From the NCBI GenBank assembly GCA_051859245.1, contig JBHYGA010000005.1, forward strand, positions 32,001-96,000: a stretch of DNA of 64,000 bases. Direction: 5' to 3'. How positions within the stretch are numbered: the stretch's first letter is position 1; each line of letters starts with the position of its first letter. This document shows, piece by piece, positions 21,233-32,618 of this stretch. Position numbers and translations under genes: made by a program. A model generated the notes under the pieces. The model worked only from the letters and a program-made list of their open reading frames with translations, searched no databases and had not been told where the DNA came from. The stretch comes from Gemmatimonadaceae bacterium. GTDB taxonomy: Bacteria > Gemmatimonadota > Gemmatimonadetes > Gemmatimonadales > Gemmatimonadaceae.

Positions 21233-22207
21233 TCAGGTGGTTGTTCGTGGGTCAACCGCGCGCTGCAAGATATCCGCGATCAAGCTTCCGGTTACGGTCA
21301 TCACGCTGCCAACAATGACTGCGGCGACGACCAGATTGTAATCACGCGCGCTGACCGCAATCACCGCGGTGTGTCCCATGCCGGGCCACGAAAAAATGCT
21401 CTCGACAAAGACGGCGCCGCCCAACAGCGAGGGGAACATCAACCCGAACATCGTCACCACTGGTACGAGGGCGGTGCGCCAGGCGTGCCAGCGCACGCCA
21501 CGCTCGGCGAGCCCCTTGGCGCGCGCCGTTTGCACGTACGGTTCGTTCCACGCGTCACGCATGCTGCTGCGCTGAAAGCGTGCAAACAGTGATGTGCCGA
21601 GCAGTGTGAGCGCGGTGAGTGGCAACACGAGATGCCGGATACGGTCGACGATCTGTTCGCTGAACGGGAGATATTCATATTCGACGGACACCATGCCGCT
21701 TGCGGGTAGCCACCCGAGGCTCTGTGCGAACAGTTGAACGAGCAATATTCCCAGCCAGAACTCCGGTACGGAGTAGGCAAACAACGACGCGGTCGAAACC
21801 AGAGAATCGCCGGTTGTGCCAACTCGCGTTCCTTGCCACGCGCCAACGGCCATGCCGAGCAGCACGCTCGCTGTGAGCGCTAGCGACATCAGGAGCAAGG
21901 TGCGCGGCAGTACATCGCGCAGCACGTCGCGCACGGGGCGATTGTATCTGGACGACTCGCCGAGTTCCCCGACGGCGAGATTGCGCAGCCACTTGATGTA
22001 CTGCACGTGGATCGGCTGATCGAGACCTCGCTGCGCGACCCACTGCGCACGCCTGTTCGCGGGGACGTCCATCTGCTGCGTGTAGGGATCGCCAGGCGCC
22101 GCGCGCATCAGAATGAACGCCGCCGTCGCCGCCGCCCACACCACGAAGAGCGATTGTAGCAGTCGTACGAACAACCGCGATGAGTGCGCGCGTGCGGGGC
22201 GACTCAT
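21233..22207 (-). CDS. oppB: Oligopeptide ABC transporter permease (OppB)
   Basis: PGDP, GLDQP, YVQTARAKGL, VESIFSWPGMG. Confidence 0.93.
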   Translation of the reverse strand: MSRPARAHSSRLFVRLLQSLFVVWAAATAAFILMRAAPGDPYTQQMDVPANRRAQWVAQRGLDQPIHVQYIKWLRNLAVGELGESSRYNRPVRDVLRDVLPRTLLLMSLALTASVLLGMAVGAWQGTRVGTTGDSLVSTASLFAYSVPEFWLGILLVQLFAQSLGWLPASGMVSVEYEYLPFSEQIVDRIRHLVLPLTALTLLGTSLFARFQRSSMRDAWNEPYVQTARAKGLAERGVRWHAWRTALVPVVTMFGLMFPSLLGGAVFVESIFSWPGMGHTAVIAVSARDYNLVVAAVIVGSVMTVTGSLIADILQRAVDPRTTT

Positions 22208-22216
22208 GAGGCCGCG

Positions 22217-23902
22217 TTAGCGAACGGGAGTAAGGCCGATCCGGTCGCGACCGTTTCGTTTTTCCGCCGGAATGCGCCACGACGGCAAGCCGTGCCACCA
22301 GCCGGTTGCTGAGAGCACGCCTGGTTCGATGCGCTCGTGCATGCCGGCGATGGCGCCGTCTTCGGCGAGCCAGATGCCCGGTGCATCGTCGATGATGGTT
22401 TGCAATGCACGAACCAACGTGCGCTGCGCGACGGCTGGATCAAATGACGAAAGCGCGCTGTCAATGTTTGCATCATATGTTGCGCTTCGATACCCGCCGT
22501 AGTTACTGCCCGCGCCACCAAAGCTGCTCGTAGTCCAGACCTGACGCAGCCCGACCAAACCGGGCGACATACTCCAGCCGTGCATGAAGGCGTCAAAGTT
22601 CGCGCTCTCCAGTCGCGTGATGAGCGCGTTAATCTCCAGGCGCTGCAACACCACCTCGGCTCCCACCGTGCGCAGCTGATCCTGCAACAGCACGGCCATG
22701 CGATCACGATTTGTACTGCCAGCGGGAATCAAGACTTCGAAGCGCATGCGTACGCCGTTCTTCGAGCGAACACTATCGTTCGCGCCCATGACCCACCCTG
22801 CGGAATCAAGCAACGCGCGAGCCGCTGCAACGTCGTACGGCAGTTCCTTCAACGTGGCGTTTTCGGGAATGAACAGCCGTGTGGTTGGCGCTTGGGCAAC
22901 CGCGGTGGCGGAGTCATACACGGCGCGAACTACTCGCTCTCGATTGACCGCCATGCTCAGCGCGCGACGTACCGCCACATCGCCCAACACCGGATGCGGC
23001 TGCTCGACACTCGCCGGATCGCGCACATTCATCAGCATGAGCTGGTACTTCAGCGACGGATAGGCACGGACACGCAGCGACGGTGTCTTGCCCGCTCTTT
23101 CGAGGTCGTCGGGCGGAAGCGGTGAGAAAAAGTCGATGTCGCCGGTAAACAGACTGACAACCGCGGCACCGACATCGGTGAAGGGACGATAGATGACGCG
23201 ATCAAGCGTCGCCCGTCCACGAAAATTTGTTGTGTCCGCGACAACTTCGATGCGATCACCGCTGTTCCATTGCACAAAGCGAAACCGGCCAGTGCCAACG
23301 GGTGACCGCCCAAGTGAATGCGATGACAGTTGTGCAGGGTCTGCGTCTGCCAGCAGGTGTGACGGCGCGATGAACATGTGGTACGCCGCATCGTAGAACT
23401 GTTGCGGTGACCGACGCTTGAACCAGAAGGTCGCGGTTCGCGGCGGGCTCACGCTGACCGAGTCGATGTTGGCCAGCAGCGCGGCCTGGCTGGAGGCCAC
23501 TTGTGGATGCGTGTACAGATCGAACGTGCGTTTTACATCATCCGCCACGACCGGTTGTCCGTCGTGCCAACGCGCCCGATCATCGAGCGTGAACGAAATA
23601 GACATCGAGTCAGCGGCCCACTGCCACGAGCTCGCCAAACGCGGCGTAAATCCTGCGTCACCAACCGTGGAAAGCGCTGGACCAATGTCGGCGAGACGAT
23701 CGTACAACACTTCAACAATCGCCTGATCGTGATCACTCCCCACCAGCGGTGGCAGAAGCGACGTTGGTTCTCCGTTCAACCCAATCACCACCGTCCCACC
23801 CTCCGCACGCGTTTCGATCGGCGGCTGTTCCGGCGAGCACGCCAACAGCAGCGTGCTGACCGACGCGCCAGCAAGGAGGCGACTGTAACGAAACGATGTC
23901 AT
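22217..23902 (-). CDS. oppA: Peptide ABC transporter substrate-binding lipoprotein (SBP family 5)
   Basis: Lipobox LLAC; ARWHDGQPVVADDV; PVGTGRF; VRRALSMAVNR. Confidence 0.9.
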   Translation of the reverse strand: MTSFRYSRLLAGASVSTLLLACSPEQPPIETRAEGGTVVIGLNGEPTSLLPPLVGSDHDQAIVEVLYDRLADIGPALSTVGDAGFTPRLASSWQWAADSMSISFTLDDRARWHDGQPVVADDVKRTFDLYTHPQVASSQAALLANIDSVSVSPPRTATFWFKRRSPQQFYDAAYHMFIAPSHLLADADPAQLSSHSLGRSPVGTGRFRFVQWNSGDRIEVVADTTNFRGRATLDRVIYRPFTDVGAAVVSLFTGDIDFFSPLPPDDLERAGKTPSLRVRAYPSLKYQLMLMNVRDPASVEQPHPVLGDVAVRRALSMAVNRERVVRAVYDSATAVAQAPTTRLFIPENATLKELPYDVAAARALLDSAGWVMGANDSVRSKNGVRMRFEVLIPAGSTNRDRMAVLLQDQLRTVGAEVVLQRLEINALITRLESANFDAFMHGWSMSPGLVGLRQVWTTSSFGGAGSNYGGYRSATYDANIDSALSSFDPAVAQRTLVRALQTIIDDAPGIWLAEDGAIAGMHERIEPGVLSATGWWHGLPSWRIPAEKRNGRDRIGLTPVR

Positions 23903-23954
23903 GGGTGGGCGGACAGTGGAGGGAGTGATGAAGTCAAACGATGCCAAGCCGTGC

Positions 23955-24833
23955 TCATCGACGCCAGAGCCAGTCACTCGAACCGAGTTGCTCGCGCGCA
24001 CGCGCAAACGCGATCTGGTAGGCGGCTGTCTCAACAATACGACGCGACGAGATTGACGCAACGCCGAATGCGGCGGCGAGTGCTTCTCGAAGGCGAGTCG
24101 CGGTTGCGGACGCATCGCACGTGGATGGTAGCGCCGCTCGCACCGAGGTTATCGCAGCCGCAGAACCGCGCTCGTGAGCGCCGTCTCGCGCAAAAGGCGC
24201 GAGCAGATCCTGATCGTTGTCCAGCAGTATCGACCCGTGCTGCAAGTAGCCTCCGTGCGCGCGCCACACCGAGCTACCCGCCAGCTTGGCCCCCTCAAGG
24301 ACCAGTTCGCCCGCCGACGGTTGCGCGTAGCACCGCGTACCCGATCGCAAGGCCTTCGCGTCGTCGCTCGAACCGGTGTGCAGCGCGGCCGGTACGCCAA
24401 TGGCCTGCAGGGCGAGCAAGAGTTTCGTGTTCACCGCGGCGTACACGGCGCGCCACGGAATGTCATCGGGCACGGGCAACGTCACGCTCCACGTCACCTC
24501 TCGGCTGTGCAGCAACGCCCGGCCACCCGTTGGCCGCCTCACCACGTCGTAGCCCGCGGCCCGGATGGCGTCCACGTCCCACAATGTGCGCACGGCTTCG
24601 TTGCGCCCAAAGCTCACGGTGGGCCGCGTCCATTCGTAAGTACGCAGCACCGCGCGCGCATCGGTGCGGGCGCTCAATGTGAACGCGAGGTCCCGCGCCA
24701 TATTGTCAATGGCTGGTTCCGGTCCGTCAGGGGCGACCTGCCACCGATCCGGCCACCAAACCGGCGCCGGTTCGGCCGGAGACTGCGCCTCGGCGCGTGA
24801 GGTGGCGGAAGTTCGTCGCGGCAGGGTCGGCAC
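23955..24833 (-). CDS. lipM: LipM-type octanoyltransferase / lipoate-protein ligase family
   Basis: [33 protein letters not shown]...LQHGSIL, matching Bacillus LipM motifs. Start uncertain. Confidence 0.8.
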   Translation of the reverse strand: MPTLPRRTSATSRAEAQSPAEPAPVWWPDRWQVAPDGPEPAIDNMARDLAFTLSARTDARAVLRTYEWTRPTVSFGRNEAVRTLWDVDAIRAAGYDVVRRPTGGRALLHSREVTWSVTLPVPDDIPWRAVYAAVNTKLLLALQAIGVPAALHTGSSDDAKALRSGTRCYAQPSAGELVLEGAKLAGSSVWRAHGGYLQHGSILLDNDQDLLAPFARDGAHERGSAAAITSVRAALPSTCDASATATRLREALAAAFGVASISSRRIVETAAYQIAFARAREQLGSSDWLWRR

Positions 24834-24963
24834 GATTATTAACTTACGGGAGTTGACCATCCGGCGGTTGATGTTTCCCCTGGTTGGCCCGTGGATTCCC
24901 GGCCCGTTCGCGGGCCCCCCTTATCGCATTGTGTCTCCACCGGGCTGCGCCCGGTTTCAGAGG

Positions 24964-27855
<2,892 letters not shown>

Positions 27856-27857
27856 CG

Positions 27858-29354
27858 ATGTTCGGCCGTGTTCTCGCGGCGTTGGTGCTTCTTCTCGCGC
27901 CGCGGTTCGCGCCAGCGCAGGAAGTATTCGGCACCCTCCGCCGCGAGGATACCGGCATGCCGTCACAGGGCACAATCGTTGTGGCCGAGCGGCTGAGTGA
28001 TGGTGCGACAATTGCACGAGCTGTGACCGGTGCACGAGGCACGTGGAGATTGCGAGTGAGCACCGACCGGCTCGTGATTCGCGCGCTCCGGATCGGATTC
28101 GAACCGCATGTTCTTGATACTCTGCAACTCGCCGAGGGCACGCAGCGGGAGCTGAACGTCACGCTCCCCGGCACGTCGGTCGTACTGCCAACCGTCCGAA
28201 GCGCCGCAGACTCGCGCTGTCGAGTTCGGCCAGATTCCGCATCTCTCGTTGCGAAAATTTTCCATGAGGCGCGCACAGCACTTACCGCGTCGCTGCTCAT
28301 CACGCCCGATGGTCCGGTGCGTTCTCGCGTTCGCATTACCGACGAGCTCTGGCCCGCGGACGAGTCGAAACTCATTGAAGTGCAGCACCGGGAGTACTAC
28401 GCCGCGTCCTTGCGACCATTCCGAACCGCCTCTGTTGACTCGCTCTTGGAGTTCGGCTTCGTGACGCGGCACCGCGAATCATTCGCGCTTGTACGCCCGG
28501 CTTCTGACGTGGCGGTGGACTATCGCGTGCCAAGTGTGGACCTGATCGTGGACGACCGGTTTCTCGCGGACTACTGCCTGTATTTGGCGGACGAACGCGC
28601 CGATCGTCCGGATCTGATTGGTGTCGGATTCCGCCCTGCGCGAAACAAGCGCATTACGCAGATCGAGGGCACGCTTTGGTTGGATCGCAGCACTTCGGCA
28701 CTGCAACGCATGGAGTTTGGCTACGCGGGGCTCGACGGCAGCGAACGGCGCATCAAGCCAGGCGGCTGGCTTGAGTTCACCCGTTTGGAAACTGGCCTCT
28801 GGTTCGTGAATCGCTGGGCGCTGCGCGTGCCAGCGATTGGTTCGTGGATTGAGTCTCGCGGGGCTACGACCCTGCGCATCATTCTCCGCGATGTGCCGCT
28901 CGTTCGCGTGAGTGGCGAGGTGCTCGACATCGCAGTGGACGCTCGCACGGTGTTCACCGCAGGGGCGACAGATTTCCTCGAGGCGGGTGCACTGGTGACA
29001 ATGCCCAGTCCCGTGGACTCAACCCAGCCAGCGTGTGTGGAAATGAGCGGAACGGCGTTTGCCTTTGGCACCGTTCGTAGCACGTCCGGCGCAGCGCTGC
29101 CAGCGGCCGAGCTCCGATTTTTCTGGCGCGCCGCCAGCGGCACGCCCGACCAGTGGCTGCATGCCGACGCTCAAATATCTGCGACTGGCCAGTATCGTGT
29201 GTGCGGGCTACCACACGATGTGCTGCTGACCGTACAAGTTCGGGCAGACGGACACGAGCCCGCCTCGATAGCGCTTCGGGTAAGCTCGCCGCGCCCATCA
29301 GCGCGTGTGGATTTGGTCCTCACTCCGCTCCCAAGCACGTCGCCGAATCCGTAG
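27858..29354 (+). CDS. Secreted protein with carboxypeptidase-regulatory-like domains at both ends
   Basis: Signal peptide (APA-Q); GTWRL...RALRIGFEP and GQYRVCGLP...VRADGHEP prealbumin-like motifs. Confidence 0.7.
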   Translation: MFGRVLAALVLLLAPRFAPAQEVFGTLRREDTGMPSQGTIVVAERLSDGATIARAVTGARGTWRLRVSTDRLVIRALRIGFEPHVLDTLQLAEGTQRELNVTLPGTSVVLPTVRSAADSRCRVRPDSASLVAKIFHEARTALTASLLITPDGPVRSRVRITDELWPADESKLIEVQHREYYAASLRPFRTASVDSLLEFGFVTRHRESFALVRPASDVAVDYRVPSVDLIVDDRFLADYCLYLADERADRPDLIGVGFRPARNKRITQIEGTLWLDRSTSALQRMEFGYAGLDGSERRIKPGGWLEFTRLETGLWFVNRWALRVPAIGSWIESRGATTLRIILRDVPLVRVSGEVLDIAVDARTVFTAGATDFLEAGALVTMPSPVDSTQPACVEMSGTAFAFGTVRSTSGAALPAAELRFFWRAASGTPDQWLHADAQISATGQYRVCGLPHDVLLTVQVRADGHEPASIALRVSSPRPSARVDLVLTPLPSTSPNP

Positions 29355-29389
29355 CGCTGGCATTGCGCTAAGGATTCTCTAGTCTCGCG

Positions 29390-29773
29390 TTATCCCACCA
29401 GCGCCGTGTAATCCGCCGCGCTCATCAGCCCCGCGTCGCCACCTTCGGCGAGCTTCACCTTGATCATCCATCCGCCGCCGTACGGGTCGCTGTTGACGAG
29501 CGCCGGCTCGCCGTCGAGCGCACCGTTGATTTCAAGGACTTCACCCGTCACCGGCATGTACAACTCGGACACCGCTTTCACCGCTTCCACGGTGCCGAAG
29601 ACATCGTGTGAGTTGAACTTTGCACCGGCCTTGGGCAGGTCGACGTACACGATGTCGCCGAGCTCACCCTGCGCGAAGTCCGTGATGCCGATGTACACCA
29701 CACCCGCCTCGTCAGTCGACTTCACGTATTCATGTTCTTTGGTGTAGCGCAGATCGGCGGGAATGTTCGACAC
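29390..29773 (-). CDS. gcvH: Glycine cleavage system H protein
   Basis: GITDFAQGELGDIVYV, lipoyl lysine EAVKA, NSDPYGGGW; GAAGGAG RBS before the GTG. Confidence 0.98.
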   Translation of the reverse strand: MSNIPADLRYTKEHEYVKSTDEAGVVYIGITDFAQGELGDIVYVDLPKAGAKFNSHDVFGTVEAVKAVSELYMPVTGEVLEINGALDGEPALVNSDPYGGGWMIKVKLAEGGDAGLMSAADYTALVG

Positions 29774-29799
29774 AGAAAAACTCCTTCAGGGGAAAAGAA

Positions 29800-30405
29800 T
29801 CACGGCCCGATCAGGGCCAGCATGTCCTGCCACACAGCGTCCGTACGTTCGAGCAGCGATTCGCGCGTGCCATCGTTGTCAATGACCCACGTGGCGCGCG
29901 CCCGCTTTGGTGCAACTTCGCCTTGCGCAGACATCATCGCCTGCGCCACGTCACTCGGCAAGCCACGATCCTGCATCAATCGGCGAAGTCGTTCCGCGGC
30001 TGGTGCGTCCACGAAAACTATCGCGTCGAACTGATCGGCGAGTCCCGCTTCAAAGAGCAGCGGGATCTCGTCCACGAAGATCATCACGCCGTCCCCGAGC
30101 GCCTCACGGGCCCGCTGCGCGCGCAAGCGACCGACTTCCGGATGCACAATCGCATTCAGGTCGCCGAGCGCCTCTGGGTTGTTGAAGACGAGCTCGCGCA
30201 GTGTTTTCCGGTTCAGTGAGCCATCGGCGTTCAGGACGGCGGTGCCGAAGCGGTTGGTGATCGCGGCCAGTGCGGGGGTGCCGGGAGCGACAGATTCACG
30301 GGCGAGCACGTCCGCGTCTACGACACGCGCGCCGAGCTCGGCGAGGCGACGGGAGACGGTGGATTTACCGCTGGCGATGTTGCCGGTGAGTCCGATTCGG
30401 AGCAT
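29800..30405 (-). CDS. coaE: Dephospho-CoA kinase
   Basis: MLRIGLTGNIASGKS, DAD, IVHP, EIPLLFE. Confidence 0.96.
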   Translation of the reverse strand: MLRIGLTGNIASGKSTVSRRLAELGARVVDADVLARESVAPGTPALAAITNRFGTAVLNADGSLNRKTLRELVFNNPEALGDLNAIVHPEVGRLRAQRAREALGDGVMIFVDEIPLLFEAGLADQFDAIVFVDAPAAERLRRLMQDRGLPSDVAQAMMSAQGEVAPKRARATWVIDNDGTRESLLERTDAVWQDMLALIGP

Positions 30406-30455
30406 GGGGGGAAGAAAGACCACGGGCGAGGTGCGGGGAAGGGCAGTTGCGGTTC

Positions 30456-30669
30456 CTGATTCGGTCATTCGGCCGAGTGGCGGGAGCCCAAGGCCATTTG
30501 GCCTTTCGGCCTCACCGTTTCGAAAGGGCGCACGGAACGTACGAGCAGCTGTTTTTTGTGTGCCGAGATAGGAAACCGGCGTTGGTGACGGGTGCGGCCT
30601 TTCGAAGCTACGAGGCCGAAAGGCCAAATGGCCTTGGGCTCCGTCTACTCGGCCGAATGACCGAATCAG
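30456..30669. repeat. Long imperfect inverted repeat (78-bp arms, ~58-bp spacer), REP/MITE-like
   Basis: 30456-30533 is the reverse complement of 30592-30669 with only a few mismatches. Confidence 0.9.
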
Positions 30670-30675
30670 AAAAGC

Positions 30676-30703
30676 AAAAACGGCGCCCTCGGGCGCCGTT
30701 TCT
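30676..30703 (-). terminator. Rho-independent terminator after the AraC gene
   Basis: AAACGGCGCCC-TC-GGGCGCCGTTT hairpin with a T-run on the minus strand. Confidence 0.8.
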
Positions 30704-30720
30704 TCCTTCATGCAGTGAGC

Positions 30721-31536
30721 TTACGCCGCCGCAGAGGCATCCTCGTCGTGCGCATCGATCATTTCATCGCGCCGCCGATCGCGCGTGACGAGCAGCTCCT
30801 GAATCACCCAGGCCGCGCCACCCTTCAAGCGAATCTGATGCGGTGTGCAACCGAGATACCGCTGGCACGTGTTTCGGAACGCGCTGCCTGACGGGAAGTC
30901 GAGTGCTCCGGCCACGCCATCCGCACTGCGCGAACCATCTTCGAGCATGCTCGCGGCAACAATCAATCGGCCCCACGTGAGCATCTGGTGCGGAGGCGGC
31001 AACTGCGCGCCCTCAAGTCGCTTGCTCAGCAACCGACGTGAAACGGCAATCAGGCGCGCCAGTCCATCCGGAGTGAGCCGTTCATGGGCCCGCGTGACCG
31101 ACAGCATCACGGCGTCGCGCACAACAGAACGCAGGCCGGCCAGATGCGGCTTGAGCAGGCTTGAGACGCTGCGCGCTTCGGCTTGATCGAGCAGTGCGCC
31201 GAGCTGCGCGGGTGAGTCGGATTCGTCGGCCACGATCAGGACATCGATACCGCAGCGACCGGCGTCGAACATGTCGCGCGCACGTTCACGCGAGAGGTCT
31301 ACGTAGGCCACGAGGGCGGCGCGGGGTACACGAACGCGGAGCTGACGAACGCGCTCGAAGTCAGCGCGACCATCGACGTAGAGATCGAACACCACGACAT
31401 TGATCGGGCCGCGCTCGCACGCACGCGTGAGCGAAGTCCAGTCGTCGCAGGGCACGAACCGATACCGGTCGCGCGCCGCCTGACGAAGTCGTGCCGCACG
31501 GTTCTCGTGCGCCAGCAGCGTAGCAATCACACCCAT
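30721..31536 (-). CDS. AraC-family regulator with receiver-like N-terminal domain
   Basis: C-terminal double HTH (VAGALDFPSGSAFRNTCQRYLGCTP); N-terminal beta/alpha domain with VVVFD. Confidence 0.85.
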   Translation of the reverse strand: MGVIATLLAHENRAARLRQAARDRYRFVPCDDWTSLTRACERGPINVVVFDLYVDGRADFERVRQLRVRVPRAALVAYVDLSRERARDMFDAGRCGIDVLIVADESDSPAQLGALLDQAEARSVSSLLKPHLAGLRSVVRDAVMLSVTRAHERLTPDGLARLIAVSRRLLSKRLEGAQLPPPHQMLTWGRLIVAASMLEDGSRSADGVAGALDFPSGSAFRNTCQRYLGCTPHQIRLKGGAAWVIQELLVTRDRRRDEMIDAHDEDASAAA

Positions 31537-31747
31537 GGCACAGCCTGTGGGGAACGGGGAAACAAAAAAGGCGTCGTGTGAGAGACGCGGGACCCCTGCT
31601 ACAGGTCACGCCCCGTTACGCTCGTGGCCCGGGGACGAGGGGGCCCTTGCTCTCTACACCCGTCCGACCGTGCGGGTGCGGGTGGATTCATGGGGGCCGC
31701 GGAGGGCGTGGGCCAGAGGCCCGCACTTGCGCTTGGGCGGCATCGGA

Positions 31748-31924
31748 ACTGCATAGAACGCAGAGGCGCAGAGGCGCAGAGGCGCAGAGGCGCAGAGACT
31801 GCATGCAGCTTGGGGAACGCGTCTCAACAATTCAAAAAAAAAATGAAAGTGTGCGCCCTCTGATGACGCAGCTCGTAGCGACGTGCAGTCTCCGCGTCTC
31901 TGCGTCTCTGTGTTCCAAGCAGTT
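31748..31924. repeat. Inverted-repeat element with arms of tandem 8-mers (CGCAGAGG)
   Basis: Five CGCAGAG(G/A) units at ~31759-31798; complementary TCTCCGCGTCTCTGCGTCTCTGTGTTC at ~31889-31915; outer AACTGC/GCAGTT. Confidence 0.85.
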
Positions 31925-32000
31925 GCAGTTAAAGCAGTTACCCGGCCCCGCCGCTGCCCAAACCGCCCGGCAATGCTGGAACAACTCCGCGACCTCTCAG

Positions 32001-32612
32001 CTACAGCAACCGCCCCTGCGCCGCATCTCTCCGCGGCACGACATGACACGCCCGACACCGTGCCTCATACGAATCCGCCGCCCCGACCATGATCGTGGGC
32101 GAGTCGTACGGCGCCGGCTTCCCGTCGATCAGCCGCTGATTGCGACTCGCCGACGATCCGCACAGCACACAAATCGCGTGCAGTTTGTCCACCTGTTCAG
32201 CCACGGCCATGAGCTGCGGCATCATACCAAACGGCTCACCACGAAAATCTGTATCCGTGCCGGCCACAATCACACGCCGACCACGCTCGGCCAGCGCCGT
32301 GCACACGTCCACGATGCCGGCATCAAGAAACTGCGCCTCATCAATCGCAATCACGTGCGCCGTGGGATCCACCCGCTGCGCAATCTGCGCGGATGAATCC
32401 ACCGGCACCGCACTGAACGTGCGCTGATCGTGACTGGCAACGGCCCACAATCCCGCGTAGCGATCGTCAAGGTGTGACTTGAACACCTGCACGTGCTTGC
32501 GCGCGATTGTGGAGCGTCGCACCCGACGCATGAGTTCTTCGGTCTTTCCACTGAACATCACGCCGGCGATGACTTCAATCCATCCGCCGGGCGCGTGAAA
32601 GCCTGAACTCAT
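32001..32612 (-). CDS. tdk: Thymidine kinase
   Basis: [17 protein letters not shown], zinc ligands CVLC and CRAC, YEARCR. Confidence 0.97.
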   Translation of the reverse strand: MSSGFHAPGGWIEVIAGVMFSGKTEELMRRVRRSTIARKHVQVFKSHLDDRYAGLWAVASHDQRTFSAVPVDSSAQIAQRVDPTAHVIAIDEAQFLDAGIVDVCTALAERGRRVIVAGTDTDFRGEPFGMMPQLMAVAEQVDKLHAICVLCGSSASRNQRLIDGKPAPYDSPTIMVGAADSYEARCRACHVVPRRDAAQGRLL

Positions 32613-32618
32613 GCGGTA

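Noticed and set aside
24860..24963. Possible glycine riboswitch upstream of gcvP
   Set aside because: No GGAGA...CCGAAG...CTCTCAGG core; only two short GC hairpins
31660..31700. GAATCC / CCCGCACCCG resemblance to the c-di-AMP (ydaO) riboswitch
   Set aside because: Motif spacing is wrong and the other conserved blocks are absent
30456..31924. Repeats considered as a CRISPR array
   Set aside because: They are inverted or directly tandem, with no unique spacers of constant length and no cas genes
31578..32396. 272-aa plus-strand ORF and 134-aa minus-strand ORF across the octamer repeats
   Set aside because: Their translations are repeat-derived or antisense to tdk and show no protein-like features
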